Shown piece by piece: positions 25,865-37,160 of a DNA stretch of 64,000 bases (its first letter is position 1; every line of letters starts with the position of its first letter). The stretch spans positions 10,662 to 74,661 of the forward strand of contig JAUCBJ010004605.1 of NCBI GenBank assembly GCA_032718475.1. The letters are read 5' to 3'. The position numbers and the translations under genes were made by a program. The stretch is from Nemertoderma westbladi. Lineage: Eukaryota > Animalia > Xenacoelomorpha. The notes under the pieces are model-generated. The model saw nothing but the letters and a program-made list of their open reading frames with translations, did no database searches and was not told the DNA's origin.

Positions 25865-26224
25865 TTAGCAATAGATTAATAAATTCGCATTAATAATATA
25901 GGTGGTTGAAACTGAATAATAATATCCAAAGATAACAATTAAAAGAAAGTAAATATAATGAAAGGTTTGCGATTGGGATGTTGTGTTGTTTGGATTGTTT
26001 AGATGTCTTATCTAGCGTAAAAACGAATGTGCCTAATAATTAATAATTAATAGTTCACTACTATTTATTGAAATTATAAACTACTATGGACAGCTATGTT
26101 TGATTTGCGTTTTGTTTTGTAATAACAGAAGGAACATATGCCCGATAACAGTCACGAGGTCTAGACCTGGATCCTTCATATTCTTCTGCGAACATTTACT
26201 ATTATACATAGGTTAGTTATTTAA

Positions 26225-27197
26225 TAGCGGCTACAGCGGCCAAGAATGCAGTTAAGGCTGCATCTAGGTCCCTGAACAGGCAGTACTCGGTTAATTTACA
26301 GGAGCTAATAAACCAACAGGTTGATGCCATCAATGATGCTGACGACAGCAGGCAATCATCCCAGGCATGGAAATCGATCAATTTGCTTACTGGGCGGAAA
26401 AGCCAACCAACCACCAAGGTTAAGGCTGAATCACCAGCCGATCGCCTCAATGGTTGGAAAGCCCACTTTGAAAAGCTCCTCAATAATGACAGGGTATTGC
26501 CTGATAACTTTATAGAAGTAAAAGTGTCTGAGTCTGTACTCCCAGATATTCCCATTGGCGATATCTCCTTTGCAGAAGTGAAGGCTGCTGCAAAGAGCAT
26601 TAAGACCAATCGTGCCAGTGGAGTAGATGGTGTTCCCCCTGAGGTCTTTAAAATACCTGAGTGTTTAAAGCTCATCTATCCCATCATAGTAGACATGTAC
26701 CGAACAACAAGAGTCCCACAAGAAATGAAAACAAATAAGTTGGTGCCAGTTCCCAAGAAGGGCAACCTAACACTCTATGGTTCTTTTCGGGGAATCTCAT
26801 TGATCTCGATTGCTGCAAAGCTATACAATAGGATTCTATTAAATCGCATCAGGATCCCATTGAGAGACTGCACCGTGGAAATCAGAATGGGTTCCGTAAA
26901 GGTCGTGGGACCATGGAGCCCATTTTGGCACTTAGAAGGATAATTGAAGAATTATCAAAAAAGAAAGACAGGCAGGCATCTGGCTGTTATCTTTGTTGAC
27001 TTCTTCAAGGCCTTTGATTCAGTCTCTCGCTCACGTATGTTCAGCATACTTTCATTATATGGGATTCCTGATGAAATTATTGCAGCAATCAGATCAGTAT
27101 ACGATGGTTCGACAACATTTGTGTCTACTGTTGATGGTGACACAGAACCATTTGAAGTGTTATGGGGCGTCCTCCAAGGAGACACACTTGCACCATT
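26225..27197 (+). pseudogene. RTE-clade LINE, 5' part of reverse transcriptase (frameshifted, 5'-truncated)
   Basis: RASGVDG, VPVPKKG..FRGISL, NQNGFRKGR (shifted frame), FVDFFKAFDS and GVLQGDTLAP. Frameshifts near 26850 and 26960. Confidence 0.9.
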
Positions 27198-28351
27198 TGT
27201 TCGCGCTTTTAGACCTTTGGCAGTTTAACCCGCCAAATTATGATGTCTTCTAGATAATAAATCACTTTTAGTCTATGACAAGTATTTAATTCACTACACT
27301 AGTCGAAACCAATCTGTGCGCGATCATTCACCCGCTGGATATACCCGGGAGATTGGGTTCGACGGCTTAATCTTATTGCTATGTAAGCCTAATGTATTAT
27401 TCGACTGACAGTATTATATAATTTCTGACAATATTATTCACCTTCGGGGAATATTAACAGTTCCTTTAGGACGTGGCGCTCTATTTATACAAACAGAGTT
27501 ATGACTTAAACTACTCACAACGATATGGCTTAGTTATAATTCACATATATGGCGCATTCTTTAGGAAATGCTTCGTTATCAGGTTCACCCATACACAATG
27601 CTGCACAATACTGCACACTAATCTGCCGATCTTCACTGATTTTAGTCACATATAAAAGGAACACGGACCGAATCATGTAGGGTCTATCAAATAACATTAG
27701 ATTCACTTCAAACCACTTTAACATAAGTCACAATCGTTATATGTAACCTTTCTCTCTTACCTTCGGTATATCAAGAATATTGGGTTTCGGGGTTATTTAT
27801 CGTTATTCCAAATATAATAATTCATCAACCATATTATGAAGAACTGACAGTAAATAGCAGTATAACAATATAAAGTATACACAGGTTGTTTGATTAGGTA
27901 TGGTATGTTATGTTGTGATAAATGCAGTGATAACGGATATATGCCCTTTATAATTAAGCCTACTAGTGTTAGACTAAATCAGAAAAGCACAAAATATTTA
28001 CAAGCCGTTCTCTCCTGGCTTAGGAAAGAAAGACCAACAACACTGAAAACTGATAAGAATAACCTTATTTACAAAGGGTTCCACCCAACACAGAGAAAGA
28101 GCATAAAGATAGGAAAATTCAGTTCAGTAGATCTGTGATAGGTCGAAATCAAAATCAACTCAAATTCTATTGGGAGATACTTTCCCAAGCTAGTTGGACA
28201 ATCAAACGTAGCCCAGATCCCTTCGCACAGCGAATCAGCCAATCAGCCGGTAGCTTGTGCTATTCGAGTTATAGATCCCTTTTTAGAGTATTCTAGCGAC
28301 TGGGGGGGAACTGGTTGCAAACGAATCAGTTATCCCACAAAAGCTTTTACA
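27198..28351 (-). repeat. 3' LTR (1154 bp)
   Basis: Direct repeat of 43649-44808. By eye it differs by 3 substitutions and one 6-bp indel. A purine-rich GGGAGCGG (PPT) abuts it on the - strand at 28352-28359. Confidence 0.97.
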
Positions 28352-28429
28352 CCGCTCCCAGAAAATGGGATTTAAGTCTATAAAATATACAAAATCACAA
28401 TTTCTAATATACATAAATACTCTAAACAG

Positions 28430-30205
28430 TTAGTCTTTCTTGCGCGGACGGCGTTTACGCAGTTTTTTAAAGCTAGCAAGAGTCATTTTCTCTTTGGGGC
28501 GAGCCACTTTACGAGGAGGGCTGTAGCTCCTAGGCGAAGGGTGCAATATAATTGCATCAGAAGGTGCAGGGTTACGATCGGTATACCCGCCGGTCGAAGT
28601 ACCTGGTTGATTAATATCAACCTCAGTGGAGTGAGGTCTGACGGCCTTTAGAGCGCGTCTCAGGACAGCAGCTCCTACGGGTCCTTGACGGGTCGTCTGG
28701 ACACTAGCGGTGGGTGGACCGTGAGTGGTGAGGAACTTTCTCGGTTTAATGGTTCTCTCCAGCTCGCGTTCTCGGGTTCGATATTCATATGGTCGCCGAG
28801 ATATTTCCTGTAGTTCAGGATGCGAGTTCACAAAGATGTCGCCATACTCAGGGTCCTGACGGATAAAATTGATCAGGTGATATGTGGTTATATCATTAGG
28901 GTTAACGTTTCTAAGGTATTTCCTGACAAACTTGGTGGAAATACACTCACCAACACGCTTCATTAACTCGTAACTTGGTACGTGTGTTTTCTGTTCAATC
29001 GACGCGAATAGATAAGGATGGAACGCGTAAACTCCCTCGTAAGCTCGTCCAGGGTAATAGCGATGTCGGGATTCGCAATGTAAATCGGCGTTCGCTTCCC
29101 AAGCTCGGATGTATCGCAGGGTGATCATCTCGTCTACGCTCTCTAAATCGCGATTAAAGGGACAATTGTAACTTTCATGTCCTTTAAGTTGGCAGTAGTG
29201 ACATTGAGTCATAAATTGTGGGCAGACGGCAAATATATGAGAGTTATTAAGCCGGCAATAAGCACAATATATTTCCATCATCGGTTGTTCGAGGAAATAG
29301 GAACAAGGTACGCTCGAGTCTAGAGGAGTGAAGTGGTCTCTCGATGCGCATAATCGACAACGTTTTCGAGAAACGTAGTTGGCGTGTCGATAATCGTACG
29401 CTGTGAGACGCTGTGGACCTTGATACCACTCTATGACATAATCATTGTCACTGCTCCGGGAAGCCGTAGGTTGAATCGCTTCTGATTCCAAGCATACTGG
29501 TTCATCCTCCAGCTGCATAGACGAAGTGGGTGCGTCGGTTTCCGTAAGTGGACCCACTGTCTGTATTTCCACGACAGAATAACCTGTAGATATTCGGGGT
29601 CTTTGTATAACGGATGAATGTAGGTTCTGTATACAAACGTCTTGAAAGACGGCAAATCCAGCGCTACTCAGTTTCTCCGCAGCTGAGTCTCTAAGACTGA
29701 GCTTGGTCAGCGCGCGGTCTTTGAACTGACTATCGACGTTACGGAACGGAGTCAGAAAGCGCCGGAAACATTCGAAACGTATGAACTTATTGTGTTCGTC
29801 TAACTTGGCGAGTTTAGTTCCAAGTATTAACGGGTGAGCGCGTATGGTACGACTGCACACATCGGCTAGCCAACCGGCAAGTGCTGCGTTTTCAAAGATC
29901 GTGTATATAGCTAAGGAAGGGCGAAGTGGAACACTCATAAAGCTATATACTGCACCAGGCGCAGTTAATGGTCCTTCAAAATATAAACGGGAGTAATGGT
30001 CTCCATATACCTGCTGGTAATTGATAGGATTTCCAACTTTGAAGTTCCATCCATATTCTTGAAAGGCAAGATGTCCGATGGATGTCCGTTGTACTTTAGT
30101 AATGTCGCTGGGTGTATTGGCATACATAGTGCGAAAGAAACCTCGGCCTTCGGCCCAAGGAGCAATCAGCTGAGTATCAACGAAAGGGTATGGAATGTTC
30201 TCCAT
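28430..30205 (-). CDS. BEL element accessory ORF, 591 aa, three CCHC-like zinc knuckles and basic C-terminus; function unknown
   Basis: Uninterrupted non-repetitive ORF between pol and the 3' LTR. Contains CRLCASRDH..C, CAYCRLNNSHIFAVC, CHYCQLKGHESYNC and KKLRKRRPRKKD. Confidence 0.8.
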   Translation of the reverse strand: MENIPYPFVDTQLIAPWAEGRGFFRTMYANTPSDITKVQRTSIGHLAFQEYGWNFKVGNPINYQQVYGDHYSRLYFEGPLTAPGAVYSFMSVPLRPSLAIYTIFENAALAGWLADVCSRTIRAHPLILGTKLAKLDEHNKFIRFECFRRFLTPFRNVDSQFKDRALTKLSLRDSAAEKLSSAGFAVFQDVCIQNLHSSVIQRPRISTGYSVVEIQTVGPLTETDAPTSSMQLEDEPVCLESEAIQPTASRSSDNDYVIEWYQGPQRLTAYDYRHANYVSRKRCRLCASRDHFTPLDSSVPCSYFLEQPMMEIYCAYCRLNNSHIFAVCPQFMTQCHYCQLKGHESYNCPFNRDLESVDEMITLRYIRAWEANADLHCESRHRYYPGRAYEGVYAFHPYLFASIEQKTHVPSYELMKRVGECISTKFVRKYLRNVNPNDITTYHLINFIRQDPEYGDIFVNSHPELQEISRRPYEYRTRERELERTIKPRKFLTTHGPPTASVQTTRQGPVGAAVLRRALKAVRPHSTEVDINQPGTSTGGYTDRNPAPSDAIILHPSPRSYSPPRKVARPKEKMTLASFKKLRKRRPRKKD

Positions 30206-31143
30206 ATTCCTGTTGTATGCCCAATATGTTTTCCGACAGTGACAGTGATGGTAGTGGTAAAGAGCAGGGGAAGACCTATGTCGTATTCAGAAATATTCCG
30301 AAATACGATCTCAGTAGGAAGATTGTTACATTCGAGGACTATCTCCAACTGAATTTATCCCCAGTGCGATGAGGGAACAACCAGTTCAAGTATATGTTTG
30401 CCTCAGTTGTTCTACATAAGATTTATATCCCCAATCATTAAGGGAGGTGAACAACCAGATTTATGACACATAATGGTACCAGTTGTTCACAAACTATCCG
30501 CGTGTCCTTTCAGTCCTTGTTTCACGGTTGTGGACTTGAGGAAATTAGGAAGTGGTTGATTATCTAATCAAGAACGAGAGGGTGGAAGTTGATATCATAA
30601 ATATCAACAGAATATGACATGGACAGGAGGTGCGGACACCAATATTAGCATACAAATAAACGGTAAGGGGGTGGAGGTTGATTATCATAAATATCAACAG
30701 AATATGACATGGACAGGAGGTGCGGACACCAATATTAGCATCCAGATGAACAGTAAGGGATGGGAGGTTTAATGCTCGTTTCCCGAAGCTCCGAGCACGT
30801 TGGAAGAGAAGGTGGGATGAAATATGTCGTATCTTTAGTAACGACATATAAGAGGGTAAGAGGAGTAGCGAGGAGGGAGGATATACGATAGTATCCATAA
30901 GATACCACAATGGATGTGTTTTCCGTCACATCATCATTCATTCCTGCCTTTTAATTGTGACACTGATCACAATAATTACAGGAAAACGATGAAGGAAGGG
31001 AAAGTTACAGCCTCCCGAAGGAGACCGCCCGCGAGCACCCGTGCCCCGGGGAAAACTATTCACATTATGGACCCTGGACATTAACCCATGTCTTTTCTCC
31101 AGTGGTTCTCCTTTATTTGTTCGCATCAACCTTCTTCCACGTT

Positions 31144-31521
31144 CTATCCTTCGAATTGATTTCGAATAGAGTTCTCGTGTTCTATTCTCGATTTATCGTT
31201 TCGACTCCGCTGGGTATGATATTTAAATAAAACCATTTCCCTTTCGGTATCGACATCGTCGGTGTCGTGTAAATCAATAGGATGGCCGGTAGTTAAGAAG
31301 TCCATATACATACCATTACGATGCGTATAGCGAGCAGTGAATTTTCTATAGTCCAATTCACGCGTAAGTTGCTCCTGGGACATTGGCGGTTCGATATAAC
31401 GACCATCGTCCTCCGTAGTAGTTGGATCAGCGTCGCCGCGTATCAAGCTATCGACAAACGCTTGTAAAGGTAGAATATATCTCTCCCTGATACCAAGATC
31501 ATCTTCTATTAATTCAGTCAT
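31144..31521 (-). CDS. Small acidic ORF or exon inside the BEL 3' region; function unknown
   Basis: 125-aa ORF of protein-like composition, preceded by a possible acceptor (gtatagcag|at). Confidence 0.4.
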   Translation of the reverse strand: MTELIEDDLGIRERYILPLQAFVDSLIRGDADPTTTEDDGRYIEPPMSQEQLTRELDYRKFTARYTHRNGMYMDFLTTGHPIDLHDTDDVDTEREMVLFKYHTQRSRNDKSRIEHENSIRNQFEG

Positions 31522-33173
31522 ATCTGCTATACAAGTTCACCAATATTATAATGAGTTTATATATTGTTAGGCGAGCGGGCGTCGCTGCCTATTTCTCCCT
31601 TGCCCCCGGACAGTATGAGATTCTCAGCGCCGATGTACCGCTGTCGCTATACTTTCGCCAACGACGTAGCCGTACAACGACAACGATAACCGGCACAAGT
31701 CACTCAACTGTCCGTCCCAAAGGCTTAGATGTACTTCAGGTATTCCTTGGAGAGTTAGGTTACTTTTACGATTGCGACTAGCTACTGTAAACACACTTTA
31801 GCAGTAACATTCACCTATAAACTCACAAATACCACACAACTGGTCACAACTACGCACATTCGGGCCATTTGTCCGTTAGTCAATGCCTTCCAGAATGTCA
31901 CTGTATTATTATGTATCCTTGGATACTAGTAGTGCGCTATTTATTCCCTATGCTATTCAATGGGACAAGCTTTCTATTGTTCTTTTAACTCAATTCTAAT
32001 TCTAGCGTGGTTGTTGCTATGGTGACATTATGCAAAGCTAGCGGTAGAATTAGGGTAATTCCAATGCATACAGATCTGGGATGTTATTTAATAGTAATTC
32101 TTTAATAGTCAATGTCCTGTTTTATACATGACTTTATGAATTTTATCGGCTATTGACTATGTTTGGGAGACTTTCGCACACTCATATGCATAATAAGATA
32201 AATCTCCGCTCCCTTGATCTATTAATTAATGGAATTTTGGGAATGTTATAAATTGCGTAAAAATGGCAATTTATTAAATTCATTAAAAGGCATGAATTTA
32301 AATTTATTCCCTGAAATTTTATTATTTGATAATTAAATGGACATATTTTGATTCTAGAACATGTCTAGGGACACAAGATCCTTAATTCTATGACAATTGT
32401 CTTTTTTAAGAATATCGGTAAATGCTACGATATCTTAATTGACTAGAATTGTTGAAGGATCTGAATTTTACAGATTTTGATTTATTAGATTTGCAAATAT
32501 TAAATAATTAATATTTGAGATGGGCACCGATTTATTCCAGAACTTGTCTGGGGACGTTAACCACTGATTCTAGAATTTGTCTTTCAAGTATATCGGTGGG
32601 TGCCGCGATATCTTAATCGACTAGAATTACAGATGGTCAAAGGGTTTAACAGATTTATTTTGCGTTATACGCTACTGTTAAAGGGACATCACGCTACTAT
32701 ATGTATTATTTAATATACGGTATGAGAGCAATATCGCACGAAGCAATGTCAGTGTGAAGAGGCAAGTCGTTTCCAAGGTCTACCCAGAGCTTGGTTTAGC
32801 CGAGACACGAGGATCTGAACTTTGCATTCCTAATACTCTGCCTACCAATAATACTTAAATATAGTAGTGGCTTTATTGTACTTTAATAAGTACGGACATT
32901 TCATCTTACTGTAGTTACGTATTTATAATATAATACGGACAGTAAGGAAAGAGAAAAATAATTATTTCTTCGCCGTCTCACTAAATATAATATAAGTAAT
33001 TACGTACGTAATAAACACGAATATATTGCACTATTCTACAAAATAATCGCTAAATAATATTCTACTAAATTAAATAAAACGATTATAATAAAATTACATA
33101 GTAATACATACATAAATATAAAAATAATAAAATAATATAAAATAATAGAGTCACACGCCCACTCCGAACGATA

Positions 33174-36100
33174 TTAAGTTGGGGAGTCCCTAGATGTCGG
33201 TTGGATTAGGGAAGTGGTCGTGGGAAGAGTTTCTTGCCTTCCATAGTTTCCGGAGAGCTCTCTGTCTCTTTCCAGTAAACATAAACGACCCACTGGGCGA
33301 TTGAGCTGTTGAGTCTCAAAGACTATCCCTGGTTTCTTAAAGTTCCGCCGCATGACGACGAGCTCTACTGATCGCACCAAACCATCGCTCGAGATATGCG
33401 TCTCGATGATACGTCCTGTTTGCCATCGCTTACGTGGGAGATCGGGGTCCACAATAAGCACCATGTCTCCAGCGCTGACGTTTTCTTGCTGCGCAAACCA
33501 CTTAGTTCGAAGTTGTAGAGTGGGCAGGTAATGTTTCTCGAAATGGTCAGCGAAACGACGGGATAGCAACTGCATAAGTTGCCAGGTTCGACGGCAGTAC
33601 TCGTCTCCGTCTGTGATCTCCGATCGTGGGAGCATGGCTACGGGTTTCTTCAGTAGAAAGTGCGCGGGTGTTAGCGCTTCCAGGGAATCAGGATTTGAAG
33701 AGACTGGCATAAGCGGTCTTTCGTTGAGATAGGCGGCGATTTCCTCCATTAACGTCCGCAATAGTTCGTCGGTGAGATAAGCGCGACAAGGCACAATAAA
33801 GTGGAACGCAGTCTTCACGCTCCTAATCAATCTCTCCCAACTTCCTCCCCACCAAGGGGCGTCGGCGGCGTTGAAGGTCCAGCTAGACGCTGTTATCCTT
33901 AGCTGATCGTCCACCTGTCTTTTGTTCCAGTCCTTTACGTAAGCTTGAATTTCGTTGTTGGCGCCAATGAAGTTCGTTCCCTTATCCGATCTCATCGTGT
34001 TACTGGTTCCGAAGCGAGCGATCTGTCGTCGTAAACTCAACACGAAGCTGTTGGTGGATAGATCGTTTACCATATCGAGATGGATAGCTCTACAAGTCAT
34101 ACAAACGAAGATGACACACCATCTCTTGACTATAGTCCGGGCACGATATACTTCAATAGGGCCAAATAAATCCACACCGGTATTAGTAAAGGGTGGTTCA
34201 TAGAAGCTTACTCTTTCCCTAGGTAATTCTGCCTCTCGCTGTGTTAAAGGCCTACTGAATGCTTTCCTACAGGGTATGCAGTTCCTAAGAACTTGGTTCA
34301 GAGCCCTACGGGGTTTATAAAAATAGTAGCGAGTTCGAATTTCGCTCAGAACTCGTTCTCTACCAGCATGATACAGTTTGCTATGAACATCTACAATTAT
34401 CTTGATTTGTATGTCAAGATTTCTAATGAGGATGGGAAACTTAGTGTCAAAGGATAATGGGGCGTTGGTTAGCCTACCTCCAACACGTATTAACCCATCT
34501 ATCATGGTACTAGAGAAGCGATCCCTTAAGCGCATCTGTGGATTTCTTAATAACAGGAAATACTTATCGGAATCCTCATAGCATTGTAGAAGTCTCAGCA
34601 TCTGTTTGTTGGTTTCATCATGCTCCTGGTAACTGATCTTCTCCTTTAGAAACCTGTCGGATACCTTGTATTGGGGAAGATCTTTAACAACATGGACTCG
34701 TGCAGATGTTGATGGAGCATCATCACTATGGGTCTTTGTCCCGGAGTAACGATGATGAAAACATCGTTTTAAATAGGTGACAGCTTTACAGAGCCGATTC
34801 CAGGAACTGTAGTGACGTATCGCTCTCTGCAAGAGAGGTGAGAGTCCTTGCGAAATATCTGGTATTCCAGATTTCCAATCCTTGTCACGGATTTCCAAGA
34901 CTTCTCTAGTCGTGGCGGTGGGTTTCTGATCCAAAGCATCCTCTCCGGAAGTAACTAATACAGATAGATCAACCGCAGGTTTAAACAACTTCGATTTACT
35001 CGCTCGAGTTTTGGGTTTAACTTTCTCCGCTCCCTTGGCCTGTCTGATCTCTGCTGTGGTGAGATGAGGAGGCCATTCTTCTTCTTCTCTGTAGAGAAAG
35101 TCGGGTCCTCCTAACCATTCGGGAGTATTTACCAATTCCTTTGGAGTCGCTCCTCGGGACGCGATGTCTGCTGGATTAATCGTTCCGGGGCAATGTCTCC
35201 ATTGGTCCATCGTCGTGCGACTAAGTATGATGGCTACCCTATTGGTAACGAAGACGCTGAACTGACAGACTTCATTGGTTATATACTCTAACACGAGTAA
35301 AGCGTCGGTCCAATAGACAGTTTTCTCTAATGGATAGTCAATCTGTTCGGTTACATTCCGGCCGATGGCTGTAGCGTATAGAGCCGCTTTTAACTCCGCT
35401 CGAGGAACTTTCAACTTGTTGTTGATTAATGCCTTAGAAGTAACCAGGGCGACTTTGATTCCATCCGGAGTTTCCACCCTTAGATAGGCTACTATACCTA
35501 TTCCCATATCGCTGGCGTCTCCAAACACATGGAGTTGATAGGAATACGTAGGGAGAACATGACCAAAATATGAACGGGAAATTATAAAATCCTCGATAGC
35601 CGGCAGAGAATCTTCCCATTTCATCCACTTCTTTAATAATTCTCCCTTAAGTGGATTGTCCCATGAGTGGTTTTCAAGCCACATTTGTTGTACCAAACTA
35701 CGAGCAATCAATATAATTGGGCTAATAAATCCCAATGGATCGAAATAAGTGCTCAGTATACTTAAGCAAATCCGTTTGGTTCGAACTGGATTATCTCGCT
35801 GTTTTAGCTGGAAAAACAGGATATCTTGCTCTGTGTCCCATTTCAAGCCGAGTGTCTTGGTTTCTGGCAGATCATCTTTGATCAAATCGAGATCTTTCGC
35901 TCCTCGATCCTCCGCAGGGATCGACTCCAGAAACTCACGGGAGTTGCTGGTGAATTTGGTTAATCGAAACCTACCTCGTTTTAAGCACTCTACCGTTCCT
36001 TTAGCTACCTCAATGGCTTCCTCAACTGATGGAAGGGACTTCAGATTGTCGTCCATGTATATGTCTCTCTTGATGTTGTCGATCACTTCCTTAGAGAAGG

Positions 36101-37160
36101 CCTCTCGGTTGTCCTCTGCAGTGGTACGCACTACCGAACAGGCGTTGGAAGGGCTTGAGATTATCCCAAAGGCCTGGATGGTCATCCAGTACTCCACCGG
36201 TTTCTGGTTGAGGTCTCCTTCGGGCCACCACAGAAATCGTAGACTATCTCGATCCCTATCTAACACCTTGACTTGTAAGAACATGCCTTCTATATCGGAG
36301 GCGAAAGCAATCGAATATTGTCTGAATCTTAAAAGAATTCCCAACAAAGATTGAAGCAAGTTAGGTCCGGGTAACAATTCACAGTTAAGGGATTGACCCA
36401 TGTAAAGAGCGGAGCCATCAAACACTACTCTCACTTCGTGTGGCTTACCGGGTTTAGGAACGTAATGGTGAGTTAAGTAATACGTTCTTTCAGTCACAGG
36501 TGTTTCTTCCGGTACTCTCTCCGCGTATCCCTTACTAATAAATTTTTCCAGCTGTGTTTGATACATTGCTTTAGCTGAAGAATTAGCCGTAAGGCGTCGA
36601 TGGAGTTGCGCGATTCTTTTTTCCGCCAAGGGTCTGTTATTGATGAACTTCGGTTCTTTCTTGCGGAAAGGTAGACCGACTTCATACCTACCTTGATCTT
36701 TGAGGAAGCGTGTAGTTGTCTCTTGGATCTGCTTAGCCCTTTCCTCTTCCACCGACAAGGCTTTATCGTAGGAATTGGGCTCTACCGCCTCTTGCGTAAA
36801 GAATCGTACGGCATGTTCATCTCGAGTCTTGGCATTATGACGCTCAATGACGTCATTTAACTCGTCGTTATAAGCTTCTCGTTCAGATGGATAGAGAAGT
36901 TGACATAAGTTCACTTGGTTCTGCCAAGCCTCGTTTTCCTTAAGGGGATCGATGGTATTCTCCTCATCAAAAAGCTGGTGAACGTCGTCATTATCTGAGG
37001 AGTATGGAGTTCCCTCAGTTAAGTTGTCTCCCTCACTGGTATCATCTTCCCATTCACTCACCTGGCATACGCTCTCTGGCGGTAGTCTTTCTCTGAGTGT
37101 TCTACGGGAAGGGCCAGTAAAGTACCAACCTACTCTAGTTCTTACCGTGTAGTGGCTGCG
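33174..37160 (-). CDS. pol: BEL/Pao pol: reverse transcriptase, RNase H, integrase
   Basis: VRVVFDGS, SLNCELLPGP, DIEGMFLQV, YMDD, TLGLKW, FDPLG, FGDAS, NPADIASRG, HAG..CIPC, GVDLFGP, SDKGTNF, GGSWERLI and LTPAHFL. The frame stays open upstream of 37061 (VRTRVGWYFTGP). Confidence 0.95.
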   Translation of the reverse strand, partial: RSHYTVRTRVGWYFTGPSRRTLRERLPPESVCQVSEWEDDTSEGDNLTEGTPYSSDNDDVHQLFDEENTIDPLKENEAWQNQVNLCQLLYPSEREAYNDELNDVIERHNAKTRDEHAVRFFTQEAVEPNSYDKALSVEEERAKQIQETTTRFLKDQGRYEVGLPFRKKEPKFINNRPLAEKRIAQLHRRLTANSSAKAMYQTQLEKFISKGYAERVPEETPVTERTYYLTHHYVPKPGKPHEVRVVFDGSALYMGQSLNCELLPGPNLLQSLLGILLRFRQYSIAFASDIEGMFLQVKVLDRDRDSLRFLWWPEGDLNQKPVEYWMTIQAFGIISSPSNACSVVRTTAEDNREAFSKEVIDNIKRDIYMDDNLKSLPSVEEAIEVAKGTVECLKRGRFRLTKFTSNSREFLESIPAEDRGAKDLDLIKDDLPETKTLGLKWDTEQDILFFQLKQRDNPVRTKRICLSILSTYFDPLGFISPIILIARSLVQQMWLENHSWDNPLKGELLKKWMKWEDSLPAIEDFIISRSYFGHVLPTYSYQLHVFGDASDMGIGIVAYLRVETPDGIKVALVTSKALINNKLKVPRAELKAALYATAIGRNVTEQIDYPLEKTVYWTDALLVLEYITNEVCQFSVFVTNRVAIILSRTTMDQWRHCPGTINPADIASRGATPKELVNTPEWLGGPDFLYREEEEWPPHLTTAEIRQAKGAEKVKPKTRASKSKLFKPAVDLSVLVTSGEDALDQKPTATTREVLEIRDKDWKSGIPDISQGLSPLLQRAIRHYSSWNRLCKAVTYLKRCFHHRYSGTKTHSDDAPSTSARVHVVKDLPQYKVSDRFLKEKISYQEHDETNKQMLRLLQCYEDSDKYFLLLRNPQMRLRDRFSSTMIDGLIRVGGRLTNAPLSFDTKFPILIRNLDIQIKIIVDVHSKLYHAGRERVLSEIRTRYYFYKPRRALNQVLRNCIPCRKAFSRPLTQREAELPRERVSFYEPPFTNTGVDLFGPIEVYRARTIVKRWCVIFVCMTCRAIHLDMVNDLSTNSFVLSLRRQIARFGTSNTMRSDKGTNFIGANNEIQAYVKDWNKRQVDDQLRITASSWTFNAADAPWWGGSWERLIRSVKTAFHFIVPCRAYLTDELLRTLMEEIAAYLNERPLMPVSSNPDSLEALTPAHFLLKKPVAMLPRSEITDGDEYCRRTWQLMQLLSRRFADHFEKHYLPTLQLRTKWFAQQENVSAGDMVLIVDPDLPRKRWQTGRIIETHISSDGLVRSVELVVMRRNFKKPGIVFETQQLNRPVGRLCLLERDRELSGNYGRQETLPTTTSLIQPTSRDSPT

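Noticed and set aside
27473-28138. Small ORFs duplicated at 43924-44589
   Set aside because: They are incidental ORFs within the two LTRs.
28430-30205. env gene
   Set aside because: No signal peptide or transmembrane anchor is evident.
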